A program made the translations under genes and the position numbers. 64,000 nt of DNA, taken from IMG/VR virus record IMGVR_UViG_3300030380_002211; one strand, given 5' to 3'. Numbering within the stretch: position 1 is the first letter of the stretch; each line of letters opens with the position of its first letter. Below are positions 38,111 to 48,780 of this stretch, piece by piece. This DNA comes from an uncultured virus (IMG/VR IMGVR_UViG_3300030380_002211). Taxonomy: Duplodnaviria > Heunggongvirae > Uroviricota > Caudoviricetes. The notes beneath the pieces are model-generated. The model saw nothing but the letters and a program-made list of their open reading frames with translations, did not search any database and was not told the DNA's origin.

Positions 38111-38554
38111 TTATTCCAATTTATTTTTGAGGGATTCTCTCAAAATACTCGAACCACCGATACGAACATTGATAATACCGTTATAATATTCATCTGTTAA
38201 GAGAACTTGTCTATCAAACTGTTCTTTTGCCTCAAGATAACTAAGTGTTCCTTTACTATTACAATAGTGTAATATCTCTCTAGTGAACTGTTCTTCACCT
38301 ATTTCTTTAACATCTGCATTGAGGTGTTCAGAAGAACCCCAATAGGTTCTCCAGTCACTCTCTTTAGTAGAACGTCTTTTATTCTTCTTACCTTTGAGTG
38401 GTGGTTTGGTAACTTTAAATCTTGCAAGTTTCTTACCAACGTATTTTTTGTTATTTGTTAGATTTGTAATAAGATAAACGAAGCCCTCACAATCAAGTGG
38501 AAGTTCTTCAACTACTTTACCTTTATATATCCATTTAGTCCCAGTCGTCATCAA
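38111..38554 (-). CDS. GIY-YIG family nuclease
   Basis: GFVYLITN....KKYVGKK, YWGS, REIL, YLE, YYN. Confidence 0.85.
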   Translation of the reverse strand: MMTTGTKWIYKGKVVEELPLDCEGFVYLITNLTNNKKYVGKKLARFKVTKPPLKGKKNKRRSTKESDWRTYWGSSEHLNADVKEIGEEQFTREILHYCNSKGTLSYLEAKEQFDRQVLLTDEYYNGIINVRIGGSSILRESLKNKLE

Positions 38555-38699
38555 TGTCTGTCACCGTTTCTTCAACTTCTTCGTGTTCAGAGCCACAGAA
38601 TGGACAATATTGTTCTATATAATCTTCTGGTAAATCGTGTCTTACTATGTATGTTGCTGAGCAATTTTCACATACAGTTTTTAAATTAGGGTTCTTCAT
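38535..38699 (-). CDS. small zinc-ribbon protein
   Basis: Manual translation ...CENC...YCPFCG... acidic tail; overlaps nrdB stop. Confidence 0.7.
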   Translation of the reverse strand: MKNPNLKTVCENCSATYIVRHDLPEDYIEQYCPFCGSEHEEVEETVTDIDDDWD

Positions 38700-39796
38700 A
38701 GTTTAAATCCTTTAAATGTTTCTTTTTCAACATCTTGTTTTATGCCACCAACAATATAACTTTCTATCTCAGTTTCTTGTGGTGCGTTTTGAAGTCCTCT
38801 ACTATTTAACCAATGTTGTGTCCATGGTAATGGATTTTGATTAGTGGGTTGGTCATAAACAGCGTTAAGACCAATTGCTTTCATTCTTTTATTTGCCATA
38901 TATTCTACATACTGATTAAGTAATGTGTCATTTAGGCCAATCATAGAACCTTGATTGAACAAATATTTTGCCCAATCTTTTTCTTGTTGTACGGCCGTAT
39001 CGTACATATCGTAAACTTGTTGTTCACATTCTTTCATAATCTTAAGCATTTCTTTATCATTTTCTTTTTTACGATAATTATTTATGATGTTTTGTGATAC
39101 TGCAAGATGTAAATTTTCGTCTCTAGCAATTAGAGATATAACCTTAGCAGAACCTTCCATAAGTTTTAATTCACCAAATGCAAACGAGCAAGCAAATGAT
39201 ACATAAAATCTAATACCTTCTAGTATGTTTACATTAACTAGTGTTAGATATAAAAGTTTCTTTAATTCATACTGGTCGCCTTTACCAAATAAACGATATT
39301 GATGTGCATAAGTTATAAACTTATCATATGCTTCAGTTACAGTTTTTGCTCTATCCATAATCTCTGGTGTATCAATGATAGTATCTAATACTGCTGTTGG
39401 GTCTGAATAAACATTTTTCATTATGTGAGTATACGAACGACTATGTATTGTCTCACTAAAATCCCATGCAACTAACATAGATTCTAATTCAGGTAAAGAA
39501 CAAAATGGTAAGAATGCCAGACATGGGCCGCGGCCTTGTACACTATCTAATAGTGTTTGATACTTTAGATTAGATGTAAAAATATGTTTCTGTTCTTCTG
39601 ACAACTGTTGAAAATCGTTTCTATCTTTTTGTAAAGATACTTCTTCTGGTCGCCAAAAGAAACCCAACTGTTGTTGATTTAACTTTTCAAAGATAGGATA
39701 TTTCTGTTGGTCATATCTTTGCGTGTTAGGCTCTTCTCCGAAAAACATAGGTTGTTTTAGAAAATCTACTTTGTTTGTGTTAAACGTTTTAGACAT
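38696..39796 (-). CDS. nrdB: ribonucleotide reductase class Ia beta subunit
   Basis: FFWRPEEV, LLDSVQGR, ETIHSRSY, LEGIRFYVSFAC, IARDE.LH. Confidence 0.98.
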   Translation of the reverse strand: MSKTFNTNKVDFLKQPMFFGEEPNTQRYDQQKYPIFEKLNQQQLGFFWRPEEVSLQKDRNDFQQLSEEQKHIFTSNLKYQTLLDSVQGRGPCLAFLPFCSLPELESMLVAWDFSETIHSRSYTHIMKNVYSDPTAVLDTIIDTPEIMDRAKTVTEAYDKFITYAHQYRLFGKGDQYELKKLLYLTLVNVNILEGIRFYVSFACSFAFGELKLMEGSAKVISLIARDENLHLAVSQNIINNYRKKENDKEMLKIMKECEQQVYDMYDTAVQQEKDWAKYLFNQGSMIGLNDTLLNQYVEYMANKRMKAIGLNAVYDQPTNQNPLPWTQHWLNSRGLQNAPQETEIESYIVGGIKQDVEKETFKGFKL

Positions 39797-42120
39797 TATA
39801 TCGCACACGCCTCACAGGACTCTTCGTCTTCTTCATTGATAATTACCTCTTTAGTTTCTTTTACATCATCATGCCACCCAACTGAATGAGTAGGTTCTTC
39901 TACATCTGCCTTAGCATCATATGTGTTTTGATAGTATGAAGTTTTCCAACCTAGTTTATATGTGGTTAACAAGTCATTTGCCATTATTGAAACAGGCACT
40001 TCTCCGTCTTTGTAGTTTTCTGGATTATAACTCCAGTTACCACTTATTGCCTGGTCAAAATATTTTTGCATAATAGAAATACTATTAATATATCCTTCGT
40101 TACTTTTCATATCCCATAACAATGTATAAAAATTCTTTAATCTATGATAATCAGGAACTATTTGTTTAAGTGTTCCTTTTTTACTTTTCTTAATCGAAAG
40201 AAAATCACGAGGTGGTTCAACACCGTTAGTAGCATTTGAAACAACTGAACTACTTTCTGAAGGCATTTGAGCCGATAGTGTCGAGTGTCTTAATCCACTT
40301 TTCTTGATATCTTTTCTTAGAGCATTCCAATCATAACTTAACTTTCTATTGACTAAATCGTCAACATCTTTCTTATATGAGTCTATCGGCAGAATACCAT
40401 CACTATATTTAGTCTTATCAAAATATTCACAAGCACCTCTTTCTTGTGCAAGTTTATTAGATGCCTTCAATAGATAGTATTGAAATGCCTCTGTAATTTC
40501 ATCAACTAGTTTCCATGCCTCTTTGTCATCATACTTAACTTTATTCTTTGCAAGAAAATGAGCAAGACCTATATAACCAATACCTAAACTTCTTCTCGAT
40601 AGTGTAGATTGTTTTGCAGCTTCTACTGGATATTCTTGATAGTCAATTACTTCTTCTAATGCTCTTACAGATAAGTCACATAAGTCTTCTAACTCTTCCT
40701 TGTCTTTAATAAGACCTAAATTGATAGCAGATAGTATACATAACGCAATCTCACCGTCAGGGTCATCTATGTGTTTTATAGGCGTTGTTGGTAATGTAAT
40801 CTCTTGACATAGATTAGACATATAAACTTTATCTTTAAAAGATGAATGACTGTTACAATGGTCAATATTCATAATGTAAATACGACCTGTCTCTGCTCGT
40901 TCTTTTAATAGGTCCATGAATAAAACTTGTGCTCTAACTTTCTTTTTACTGATAGATGTTTTTCTTTCATACTTCTCATACATCTCGTCAAACTCAGGCA
41001 TACCAAATGCTTCGTATAAGTCAGGACATTCATGTGGTGAAAATAAAGTTATATCTTCATCTTTAATAAATCTTTCATAGAATAATTTAGATACTTGTAT
41101 AGAGTAGTCTAGTTTTCTTACTCTATTATCTTCTGTACCTTTATTGTTTTTTAAAACAAGTATATCTTCTATTTCTTGATGCCAGATTGGGAAGTGAACT
41201 GTTGCTGAACCTCCTCTGACTCCGTTTTGTGTGCAACACCTAACCGTTGCTTCAAATTTTTTAAGGAAAGGAATGACGCCAGTATGTTGTATCTCACCAC
41301 CACGTATTTTAGAATTGATTCCTCGAATTCTGCCTGCGTTGATACCGATACCTGCTCTTTGGGCGACATAGCGACCAATAGCCATATCGGAGCTAAAGAT
41401 AGAAGGAAGAGTGTCATCGCTGTCAACCAGTACACAACTCGCAAACTGCCTAAGAGGAGTACGAACACCAGCCATAACAGGCGTAGGAATATTAATCCTA
41501 AATCTACTAATAGCATCATAGTATTTCTTGACATATTGCAACCTACTTTCTTTTGGGTATTTAGCAAATAATGTAGCAGATATCATCATATACATAAATT
41601 GTGGGGTTTCGTAGACTTCGCCGGTACTTCTGTCTTGTACTAGGTATTTATCAATGACTTGTCGTAATCCTGCATAAGTAAAACTATAATCTCTTTCATG
41701 GTCAATCCACATACCCATTCTATCAACTTCTGCTTCAGTATAGTTTTCTAGTATACCTTTATCATATAACCCTAAGTCAATGAGTTTATTTATATGGTCT
41801 ATAAACTTTGGGTGTTCCCATAGTCTATGAAACAAATTCTTACGAAGTGAGAATAAGAGTAACCTAGCCGCAACAAATTGATAATTAGGACTATCTAAAC
41901 TGATTAAATCGTTTGCTGACTTAATTAAGATTTGTTGTATATCATCTGTTGATATACCATCAAAAAACTGTAAACCACTATTCATTTCAACGTGAGACGC
42001 ACTAACACCTGTAATACCCTCTGTTGCAAACCCAACCATTGAGTGTATCTTGTCAATATTCAAGGACTCTTTGCCCCTACCATTTCTTTTTGTTACATTT
42101 ATATTATCGTTAGAGACCAT
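39796..42120 (-). CDS. nrdA: ribonucleotide reductase class Ia alpha subunit
   Basis: ATP cone, PTPVMAG, FASCVL, SNLCQEI, MPSESSS, C-terminal CEAC. Confidence 0.98.
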   Translation of the reverse strand: MVSNDNINVTKRNGRGKESLNIDKIHSMVGFATEGITGVSASHVEMNSGLQFFDGISTDDIQQILIKSANDLISLDSPNYQFVAARLLLFSLRKNLFHRLWEHPKFIDHINKLIDLGLYDKGILENYTEAEVDRMGMWIDHERDYSFTYAGLRQVIDKYLVQDRSTGEVYETPQFMYMMISATLFAKYPKESRLQYVKKYYDAISRFRINIPTPVMAGVRTPLRQFASCVLVDSDDTLPSIFSSDMAIGRYVAQRAGIGINAGRIRGINSKIRGGEIQHTGVIPFLKKFEATVRCCTQNGVRGGSATVHFPIWHQEIEDILVLKNNKGTEDNRVRKLDYSIQVSKLFYERFIKDEDITLFSPHECPDLYEAFGMPEFDEMYEKYERKTSISKKKVRAQVLFMDLLKERAETGRIYIMNIDHCNSHSSFKDKVYMSNLCQEITLPTTPIKHIDDPDGEIALCILSAINLGLIKDKEELEDLCDLSVRALEEVIDYQEYPVEAAKQSTLSRRSLGIGYIGLAHFLAKNKVKYDDKEAWKLVDEITEAFQYYLLKASNKLAQERGACEYFDKTKYSDGILPIDSYKKDVDDLVNRKLSYDWNALRKDIKKSGLRHSTLSAQMPSESSSVVSNATNGVEPPRDFLSIKKSKKGTLKQIVPDYHRLKNFYTLLWDMKSNEGYINSISIMQKYFDQAISGNWSYNPENYKDGEVPVSIMANDLLTTYKLGWKTSYYQNTYDAKADVEEPTHSVGWHDDVKETKEVIINEEDEESCEACAI

Positions 42121-43134
42121 TTAAATTCCTTTCCAATTGTTTATATGTTGTAGTGCTGTGAGTCCGCTGTGTGTGTTATTACTTATAAGAGTTTGTATCT
42201 CTGTTGACGTTTTTCCTGAAATAATTATATCATTAATATCTTTATATTTTAGTGTCTTTGGCCACACAACTAAATTAAAGTTTTTATCAACAGCTTGTAT
42301 CATACGATTGACTATTTCTTGATTGCGTGGTTCATTATCAAATATCATTGTACATTGTTCATGATTGATTTTTATATCTGCGTCAGCACCTGCAAGTGCA
42401 ACAGCATTATCTAAAAATAGACTATCAATAGGTCCTTCAGTTATCATTACAGGTCTATTTAAATCTAATCTATCAAGACCATATATCTTTTGTTTTGTTT
42501 CATCAAACTTAATTGTAATGTACTTTGGTTGTTCTTTACCAAACGCACGACCTTGAAATGCAAAGAAGTTACCTGCTCTATCATAAAAAGGTATTACAAC
42601 TCTAGGGTGGTCATCTCGTAAACTAGGAAATTTATTAGGTACAATACTATTAGTCCACTCATAAAATTTAGGACAAAAATAAAACTTATCCCATTGTTCT
42701 TTAGGGATTAATCTTTTGTATACAAATTGTTTTGCTGGGTGTGTTTGTACTAATTTATCAAAGCGTACTAATTCATCTAGTGTTCTCTCATAAGCTGTTT
42801 TCTTTTTTAATACTTTAGATGGTGTAAAATCAAACTCTGGTTTTTCTTCTTGTACTTTACCATCTTTAAATCTTTCAAATATATATTCTTTGTGCATAGT
42901 AGGGTCTAAAAACTTAATTAGATTACCTAGTGTTTGACCCATGCCACAATTATGACATTTAAAAAACATATCAGATTTTTTACGATAAACGAAACCTCTG
43001 GCCTTTGATGATGATTTTTTGGAATCACCACAATGAGGACATCTAAAGTTAAATAGATAGTCTGATTTTCTTTTAAATTTTTCTAATCTTGTTGAGAGAA
43101 GATTAAGAAACTTGATATCAATATAAGAAGACAT
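42121..43134 (-). CDS. gp61: DNA primase gp61
   Basis: FRCPHCGDS, FKCHNCG, FQGR, EGPIDSLF, DNEPRN, KDIND. Confidence 0.96.
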   Translation of the reverse strand: MSSYIDIKFLNLLSTRLEKFKRKSDYLFNFRCPHCGDSKKSSSKARGFVYRKKSDMFFKCHNCGMGQTLGNLIKFLDPTMHKEYIFERFKDGKVQEEKPEFDFTPSKVLKKKTAYERTLDELVRFDKLVQTHPAKQFVYKRLIPKEQWDKFYFCPKFYEWTNSIVPNKFPSLRDDHPRVVIPFYDRAGNFFAFQGRAFGKEQPKYITIKFDETKQKIYGLDRLDLNRPVMITEGPIDSLFLDNAVALAGADADIKINHEQCTMIFDNEPRNQEIVNRMIQAVDKNFNLVVWPKTLKYKDINDIIISGKTSTEIQTLISNNTHSGLTALQHINNWKGI

Positions 43135-43172
43135 GATGTTATTATAACAGAACTCTCACATAAGTCAAGCAC

Positions 43173-43625
43173 TTAGAACATTTTAAATACTGGATTATTA
43201 GGATTAGACATCATGAGTCCAATAATAATAGAACCTCCAATAATTAACCAACGCCACTTCTCTAATACCCCAACTCTTTCAGATAGTTGAGTTCTAACAG
43301 CACGTATCTCTTCTAACATTTTAGCCTCAGATTGTATTTGAAACTCTCTTAATTCTCTACTATTGGTAGTTATTCTGGAGTGTAATTCTTTGAGGTCATT
43401 ATCCCATTCTTTTCTTCGAGACTCTAAAGTAACGAAAATATCATCATCTGTTTGTTCTGCTCTTGTGATTTTTTCTTCTTGTTGAGCAATCATACCTTTT
43501 AATGATATGGTAATTTCAGTAAGTTTATCTACTGCAACTTCTAAACGTGAGTGAATAAGTTCACTAGTTTTAGCGTCTTTCTTGAGTAATGCAATATCTG
43601 TTTTGAGTTTTTCTAAGTCTGACAT
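43173..43625 (-). CDS. coiled-coil protein with C-terminal TM
   Basis: LHSRIT, RV..LEKWRW..IGG. Confidence 0.75.
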   Translation of the reverse strand: MSDLEKLKTDIALLKKDAKTSELIHSRLEVAVDKLTEITISLKGMIAQQEEKITRAEQTDDDIFVTLESRRKEWDNDLKELHSRITTNSRELREFQIQSEAKMLEEIRAVRTQLSERVGVLEKWRWLIIGGSIIIGLMMSNPNNPVFKMF

Positions 43626-43633
43626 GCTTATAT

Positions 43634-44005
43634 TTATTCTTGGTCTGATTCGTAATATTCTTTATACTTGTCTAATATGGCATTTATTTCTACCATCTTA
43701 TTTCTGATTTGTGCAAAGTTCTTTGCTAATAGTTCAAAGTCTTTATCTGATAATCCCCATAACACAGGGTCTATACCATCGGCCTCTAACTTCTTAAACA
43801 TTTCCTCAGCATTTTCACTTGTGATTATATGCCATTTAATTTTCTCCATTTGTAATGGAGCTGGTTTATCTAAGTTTAGTTTAGCTCTTGGTACTTCTTC
43901 TTTAAATATACTTAATTCTTTTACACTACTACAACTAGTAAGGAATGTAATTAGGATTAGCGATAGAAGGACATTCTGTATTAATTTCAGACTTCTTTGT
44001 TGCAT
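43634..44005 (-). CDS. putative o-spanin lipoprotein
   Basis: Lipobox LTSC; overlaps the 3' end of the i-spanin candidate. Confidence 0.7.
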   Translation of the reverse strand: MQQRSLKLIQNVLLSLILITFLTSCSSVKELSIFKEEVPRAKLNLDKPAPLQMEKIKWHIITSENAEEMFKKLEADGIDPVLWGLSDKDFELLAKNFAQIRNKMVEINAILDKYKEYYESDQE

Positions 44006-44402
44006 TAATCTCTTTCTCCGTCAATGGTGAACCACTTGCGATTTCTATACATCTACCTGCTTTGTTACTGGCAGAGTTAGTAATTCTTTCGATTGATTTA
44101 GTTCTTTCAATTGCAAGTCGACCAACATCTCTATTTTTTTTATTAAATCGTTTATCTAAATCAGCATAATCTGTTTTGAGTTTACCAATCAAATCATTCA
44201 TTTCTTTGTTCGCTGACATTATAGCTTCAAAGTCTTTCTTTTGATTTTCTATTAGTGTCTTTTGTTCTGATACAGCACTTTCTAATTTTATTTGGTTAGT
44301 TTTTAGAATAGCGTTGTCTTTTTGTAGTTTAGTAATATATAAGTATCCACCACCTGCAGCTGCAAGTAGTATGAATGCCAACGCTATTCTAAATTGAATC
44401 AT
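43935..44402 (-). CDS. putative i-spanin
   Basis: N-terminal TM, long coiled coil, C-terminal Cys pair. Confidence 0.7.
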   Translation of the reverse strand: MIQFRIALAFILLAAAGGGYLYITKLQKDNAILKTNQIKLESAVSEQKTLIENQKKDFEAIMSANKEMNDLIGKLKTDYADLDKRFNKKNRDVGRLAIERTKSIERITNSASNKAGRCIEIASGSPLTEKEINATKKSEINTECPSIANPNYIPY

Positions 44403-45007
44403 TATTTCACCTTCATCTTTGCGTCTACTTTACGGTGTTTGTTCCATGCTAAGAAACCACCTATTCTTAAAGCGTAATACGCCAAATAATTCATAGAATA
44501 AAAACCATTTACTTCTATATTAATATCTCTAAAAATTTGGTCTGAGGTTTTTTGGTCTAACAAATAACCCCTAAGAACTTTTGCCTTTTCTTTCTTAATG
44601 TCTTTCGGTTGTAAAGCTGCATACTTGTAAGCATAGTCATGAACAAGACCGCCTAATAGTAACACACCTACAGGTGATAAAAATGTATGCAAAAACTTAG
44701 GTATACTTGCACCATCAAATTTAAAACCAGCAGGTATTACAAACTTCTTTCCGTTTAATTCATATTCAAAATTCTTTGCGATTTCCCAATGTCTAGTACC
44801 AGTCAACCACATGAATATCATTTTGAAAAAGCCTTTACCTTTTGTAGCAATTTTAATAGGTTTCATTACAGGATAATCTTTGTATTTGAAATTGACTCTA
44901 TTATCAACTTTCTTATCGAATAAGTTAATAATAAATCCTACGATAATTATTGCAATAAGTATAGTCCATTGCCAAAATTTCATAGCTAGAGTTATTAATA
45001 TTTCCAT
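44402..45007 (-). CDS. DUF1353-like protein
   Basis: IPAGF.FDGASIP, VHDYAY, D..F, Y.A.R.GG. Confidence 0.85.
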   Translation of the reverse strand: MEILITLAMKFWQWTILIAIIIVGFIINLFDKKVDNRVNFKYKDYPVMKPIKIATKGKGFFKMIFMWLTGTRHWEIAKNFEYELNGKKFVIPAGFKFDGASIPKFLHTFLSPVGVLLLGGLVHDYAYKYAALQPKDIKKEKAKVLRGYLLDQKTSDQIFRDINIEVNGFYSMNYLAYYALRIGGFLAWNKHRKVDAKMKVK

Positions 45008-45012
45008 AAAAC

Positions 45013-45174
45013 TTAACCTTGTTTTTTAACCATTGACCAGACGCCCCAAGCGATAGCGGCGTATGCGGCCCATTTTACTAAAGGTCCACCTAGTACAACT
45101 AAAAGACCAAGCCCAACTAATGAAGCGCCTGACCATGTTGATATTTCTTTTACTCTTTCTTTTAACCAATTCAT
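45013..45174 (-). CDS. small two-TM protein (holin-like)
   Basis: MNWLKERVKE.STW.G.. two hydrophobic segments; GGAG RBS; next to spanins. Confidence 0.55.
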   Translation of the reverse strand: MNWLKERVKEISTWSGASLVGLGLLVVLGGPLVKWAAYAAIAWGVWSMVKKQG

Positions 45175-45257
45175 TAAATTATTCTCCTTTATTGAATTAT
45201 CTCCCCATACTGCCATTTCAGCAGGTAGGTATAGATTTCTTAATAAGAAATCATTGC

Positions 45258-45422
45258 TTATTTCCTCTTTTTTAGTTCCTTTATCCATTTTTCTCTCACC
45301 TTCTTTACATTCTCTTTTTTTCTTAACGGATTAAGCGATGCTACAGGTTTAAGGTAACTAGTCGAGGGAACTTGTAACCCCATAGCATATTCTTTGACAA
45401 ACTCTTTGTACGACTTTGCCAT
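45258..45422 (-). CDS. small basic protein with CTS-like N-terminus
   Basis: Manual translation MAKSYKEFVKEYAMGLQVP...KKRK*. Confidence 0.6.
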   Translation of the reverse strand: MAKSYKEFVKEYAMGLQVPSTSYLKPVASLNPLRKKENVKKVREKWIKELKKRK

Positions 45423-45425
45423 TAT

Positions 45426-46373
45426 CTATTTAGAACCACGAACCTTTTTTGCTAAATCTTTATCAGCACCACCCCATGTACCAGATGATTTAGTTACAAA
45501 AGAATTCACTCGTGCAAATGCCCATTGTTGTTGCGTTGCACCAGGTCTATGTCCACCTTTCCATGCAGCCATACCTCTGTCATAAACTTTCTTTAGTATA
45601 GAATATGGCATACCTGTTTTCTTTGCCTTGTTTTGTAGACCTTTGATTGCCTCGTCTAAATCTGCTTCTTGCATGGCCATAGCCTTTAGATGTTTTACTT
45701 TTTCCTTAATCTCATCTTCAGGTACTTCTATATCAGGAATCGTTCTATCAATTGTTTCTTTAATTTTAAATCTTTTTAATAGTCTATCTTTCATAGTTTC
45801 TTTATCCTTCTTTTTTACGACTACAGTAGATGAATCATCTCCTGTCCCTACTACTGCTGTGCCTGTAGCATTTGCAGGTGCATCTTCACCATACATTTGT
45901 TTATACTTTTTAGTATGTGTAGATGTTTTTGTTTTTGCCTTTGCATCACCAGGTGCTGGCTTATAGTCTTTATTGCCATCTGATTTTTTATAAGTGCCTG
46001 CCTTTTTCTTAAAGAAAGCTGCTCTTTTCTTTTTTGTATCTTTATCTAATGTTTTGTAATATTTTTTAGGTTGTGTGCCTTTTACTTTTTTAACATCTTT
46101 ATCTTGTGGTTGTCTATCTAAGTCATCATCTATTTGTTTCTCTAATGACTTTGCTTGTTTTGCATGTAAACCACTTGCCTTTTTAAGACCTTTGATAACT
46201 GTTTTGACTTGTGCTGTATCGCCTTTATCTAACTCTTCGTATTTGTCAGACTTTCTTTTTGTGCCATCTGCTCTAGGTATTAGACCCTTTGCTTTCAAAT
46301 GTGCCTTATCTGTAAAACCTGCTTTGCCAGCTTTATATCTTCGCATAGCATCTGCTGTATTAGGCGTTGGCAT
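45426..46373 (-). CDS. Lys-rich putative internal head protein
   Basis: Modular, xxE|A-like sites; KS/T.HT..Y..MYGE, VY.RG.AAW..GHRPGAT.QQW..ARVNSF. Confidence 0.7.
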   Translation of the reverse strand: MPTPNTADAMRRYKAGKAGFTDKAHLKAKGLIPRADGTKRKSDKYEELDKGDTAQVKTVIKGLKKASGLHAKQAKSLEKQIDDDLDRQPQDKDVKKVKGTQPKKYYKTLDKDTKKKRAAFFKKKAGTYKKSDGNKDYKPAPGDAKAKTKTSTHTKKYKQMYGEDAPANATGTAVVGTGDDSSTVVVKKKDKETMKDRLLKRFKIKETIDRTIPDIEVPEDEIKEKVKHLKAMAMQEADLDEAIKGLQNKAKKTGMPYSILKKVYDRGMAAWKGGHRPGATQQQWAFARVNSFVTKSSGTWGGADKDLAKKVRGSK

Positions 46374-46905
46374 ATAAGTCCTCCGTTGTTAAATATACGT
46401 CTCTATATTTGAATACATCATATCCCATGATAGTATCTGTATTACCTTCAAATATAATCTCTTCATTTATATTTATGACTACTTCACCTTCTAAATCTGT
46501 GATATCTCTTTTTACTCGATAAGTACCAGGAATGAGAGGTTCTCCATAGTTCTCATCTAATTGAAACTCGAAACCATTTTCTTTTAAATGTTTGTAAACT
46601 GTTTTTTCTACTTCTAAATTTTGACCATTCTCTTCTTTGAAGAATGCTAGAGCTGCGGCTGCAGAAGTTGTAAGTGGTCCTCTAATGCCCACTTTACTTA
46701 ATATTCTTTTTAGATTGAATACGAAACGAATGAGTAGTGTGTATGCTTCTCTTTTCGGTCCAGAATTTGGTAAGTCTTTTGATTTGATTAGAACTTTACC
46801 TTTGTCGTCAATAATACCAAGTTTAAATGCGTTAGTTTTATTGAAAGGTGTTACTAGTAGTTTTAGTACTCTATACGCTATTAAGGCGTCTATTACTCTT
46901 CCCAT
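46360..46905 (-). CDS. conserved T4-like hypothetical protein
   Basis: YR.LKLL.TPF..T.AFKLGIID..G, VFNLKRI. Confidence 0.75.
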   Translation of the reverse strand: MGRVIDALIAYRVLKLLVTPFNKTNAFKLGIIDDKGKVLIKSKDLPNSGPKREAYTLLIRFVFNLKRILSKVGIRGPLTTSAAAALAFFKEENGQNLEVEKTVYKHLKENGFEFQLDENYGEPLIPGTYRVKRDITDLEGEVVININEEIIFEGNTDTIMGYDVFKYRDVYLTTEDLYANA

Positions 46906-47273
46906 TAAATTGTCCCTAATTCTGACATAACAGTTTGGTTTATTTTAATATCAGTCATATCCTTCTCTGGCATAAAATGTAAGTAAACAAGAATAGTTTT
47001 AAGTATTGACCAATGTTGTCTATCTATCTTAAAAAATAATAAAGTAGTAGCAGCATCAACACCAAATACATTTGTCAAAACAATTATATGATTAATAATT
47101 AGTCTTGACTTTAATTCTTTAGATGTATCATACTTTCTAAATAATCTTTTCAGATATTTAAATCTTTTCATGTCATCTAAAAATTCTTGTTCATCTACAC
47201 ACGATGGATTATCATAATGTTTTATAGCAAACATATTGATGTTCTCAGGTGTGAGATTTTTAAAATCGCTCAT
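46905..47273 (-). CDS. conserved T4-like hypothetical protein
   Basis: FAIKHY.NP.C....EF..D..RFKY.KRL, RLI.NH.I...NVFG. Confidence 0.8.
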   Translation of the reverse strand: MSDFKNLTPENINMFAIKHYDNPSCVDEQEFLDDMKRFKYLKRLFRKYDTSKELKSRLIINHIIVLTNVFGVDAATTLLFFKIDRQHWSILKTILVYLHFMPEKDMTDIKINQTVMSELGTI

Positions 47274-47313
47274 AATAAAACCAATCTGTACATATCAATA
47301 TATATGTACTTAA

Positions 47314-47748
47314 TTAAACTAAATTTGCAAATACTTTATAAGTGTTGTTAGACTGTTTTTCCCAATTGAATTCTAGTTTTAAACCATTTTCTTTTCTATG
47401 AGAAATACCATCACCATTTTCAATGTCACCTTCACCAGATGTTGCATTGTCAGATGTTTTACCATATCTACCACCAAACTGTAAAACTTCTACTACTGAT
47501 TTACCTTTGTTACCTTCAATTTTAGGTAAAGTGTAACTTAGACCAATAGTTCCTAGTTTCATAGCTAATTGATGCATAGCAGCATCTGGTTGTAAATATT
47601 CTTGTTCAGCAAGTGCACCTACATAAGCATTAAGTTTTTGTAAAGATTCAGGATTTGCCACATCAAATATTGCAGTACTATCATCTTCTACTGATTGATG
47701 AGCGAACCTATCTGTATATGCTTCGTTGTATTGTTTAAAGCTTTTCAT
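47314..47748 (-). CDS. hypothetical protein with CTS-like N-terminus
   Basis: MKSFKQYNE|A; QFGGR.GK. Confidence 0.7.
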   Translation of the reverse strand: MKSFKQYNEAYTDRFAHQSVEDDSTAIFDVANPESLQKLNAYVGALAEQEYLQPDAAMHQLAMKLGTIGLSYTLPKIEGNKGKSVVEVLQFGGRYGKTSDNATSGEGDIENGDGISHRKENGLKLEFNWEKQSNNTYKVFANLV

Positions 47749-47918
47749 TTTTTATATTCCTTCTTCTTTTTAGGTTTGTCTTCTATTACAACATCTTTGT
47801 TAGGATTTTCAGTTGTAATTTCAGAAAGAACCGTATTAGAATCTTCGTATGCTTTTCTCGCTCTTGGCGATAAACCATTTAATTCTTCTTGTGTTAATCT
47901 TTCACTCATTTATCTCTC

Positions 47919-48152
47919 CTACGAGGTTGCAATATCAAGTGCCTGTTGTTTCTCAGGCGGCATTGGTGGTTTTGTTTCTGCGATATCTTTTAAAAATTGG
48001 TCGCATTGTTGTATCGCACCAGCTAAAGCATTCAAATTATTTTTCATGCTTGTAATCTTGATTTCACCTTCCTCAATTTGTTGTTTCACAGTTTGAAAAT
48101 CATGTTCTAAATTGTGTTTTCTCGATTCAATTTGTTCTTTAGTTATACTCAT
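47919..48152 (-). CDS. small coiled-coil protein
   Basis: L.A..GAIQQCD.FL; GAGG RBS. Confidence 0.7.
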   Translation of the reverse strand: MSITKEQIESRKHNLEHDFQTVKQQIEEGEIKITSMKNNLNALAGAIQQCDQFLKDIAETKPPMPPEKQQALDIATS

Positions 48153-48176
48153 TATATCCTCATTCTTTAGTAAAAG

Positions 48177-48197
48177 AGAGGGGGCGAACCCCCTCCC
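48177..48197 (-). terminator. putative terminator hairpin
   Basis: GAGGGG-GCGAA-CCCCTC stem then CTCTTTT on the minus strand after 48229-48780. Confidence 0.65.
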
Positions 48198-48228
48198 AAA
48201 GTTTTAAGTAACCAACTTACTCTAACTA

Positions 48229-48780
48229 TTAAGCGTCAGAGAATGCTGGTGCAGAATCGTCAGCAACGAATCCTGACACATGATAGACAGTAGCAGAAGC
48301 GCCAACTAAGTCAATCGAGTAAGCAGAAGGTGTCGCTAATGTTAAAATACTGTTTGAGTTACCATCAGAGAATACTGTTGCAGATGTTTGACCAGTCTGG
48401 TTAGTATCGTGGTGTACTAGAGCCCCTTTAAAGAAGATAGTATTACCAGCAGTTTTGATGATATGGTCAGTAGCGTCTGCAGCCGCACCACCGTAAATAA
48501 ATCTGAAAGATAAACCAGCACTTGGTGTTGGTAATGTTACAGTTGTATTTTGTGATGTGTCTGGGAAAACGTTAGTTCTTCCAGCGTTAGTAGCAGCAGT
48601 TGCTGTGATTGAGGCAGTATCTGCCAAAGCAACAGGAGCTGCTAATGCGTTCATCATTTCAGCAATTGTTACTTTTTTATTTATTGGTGTACCTGAAGGG
48701 TCGTCAACAACGTGAAGTAAATCTTCTCTCGCAGTTGCAGTTCCTAAAGATGTTAAGGCGGTGATTTTCTTATCAGCCAT
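48229..48780 (-). CDS. virion structural protein (fiber/decoration-like)
   Basis: MADKKITAL..., DLL.VVD, NKK.T, TLP....G..F.F; own late promoter and terminator. Confidence 0.65.
   Translation of the reverse strand: MADKKITALTSLGTATAREDLLHVVDDPSGTPINKKVTIAEMMNALAAPVALADTASITATAATNAGRTNVFPDTSQNTTVTLPTPSAGLSFRFIYGGAAADATDHIIKTAGNTIFFKGALVHHDTNQTGQTSATVFSDGNSNSILTLATPSAYSIDLVGASATVYHVSGFVADDSAPAFSDA

Noticed and set aside
38111..42120. Possible intron or intein in nrdA/nrdB linked to the GIY-YIG gene
   Set aside because: Both subunits are continuous and of normal length; the GIY-YIG ORF is free-standing.
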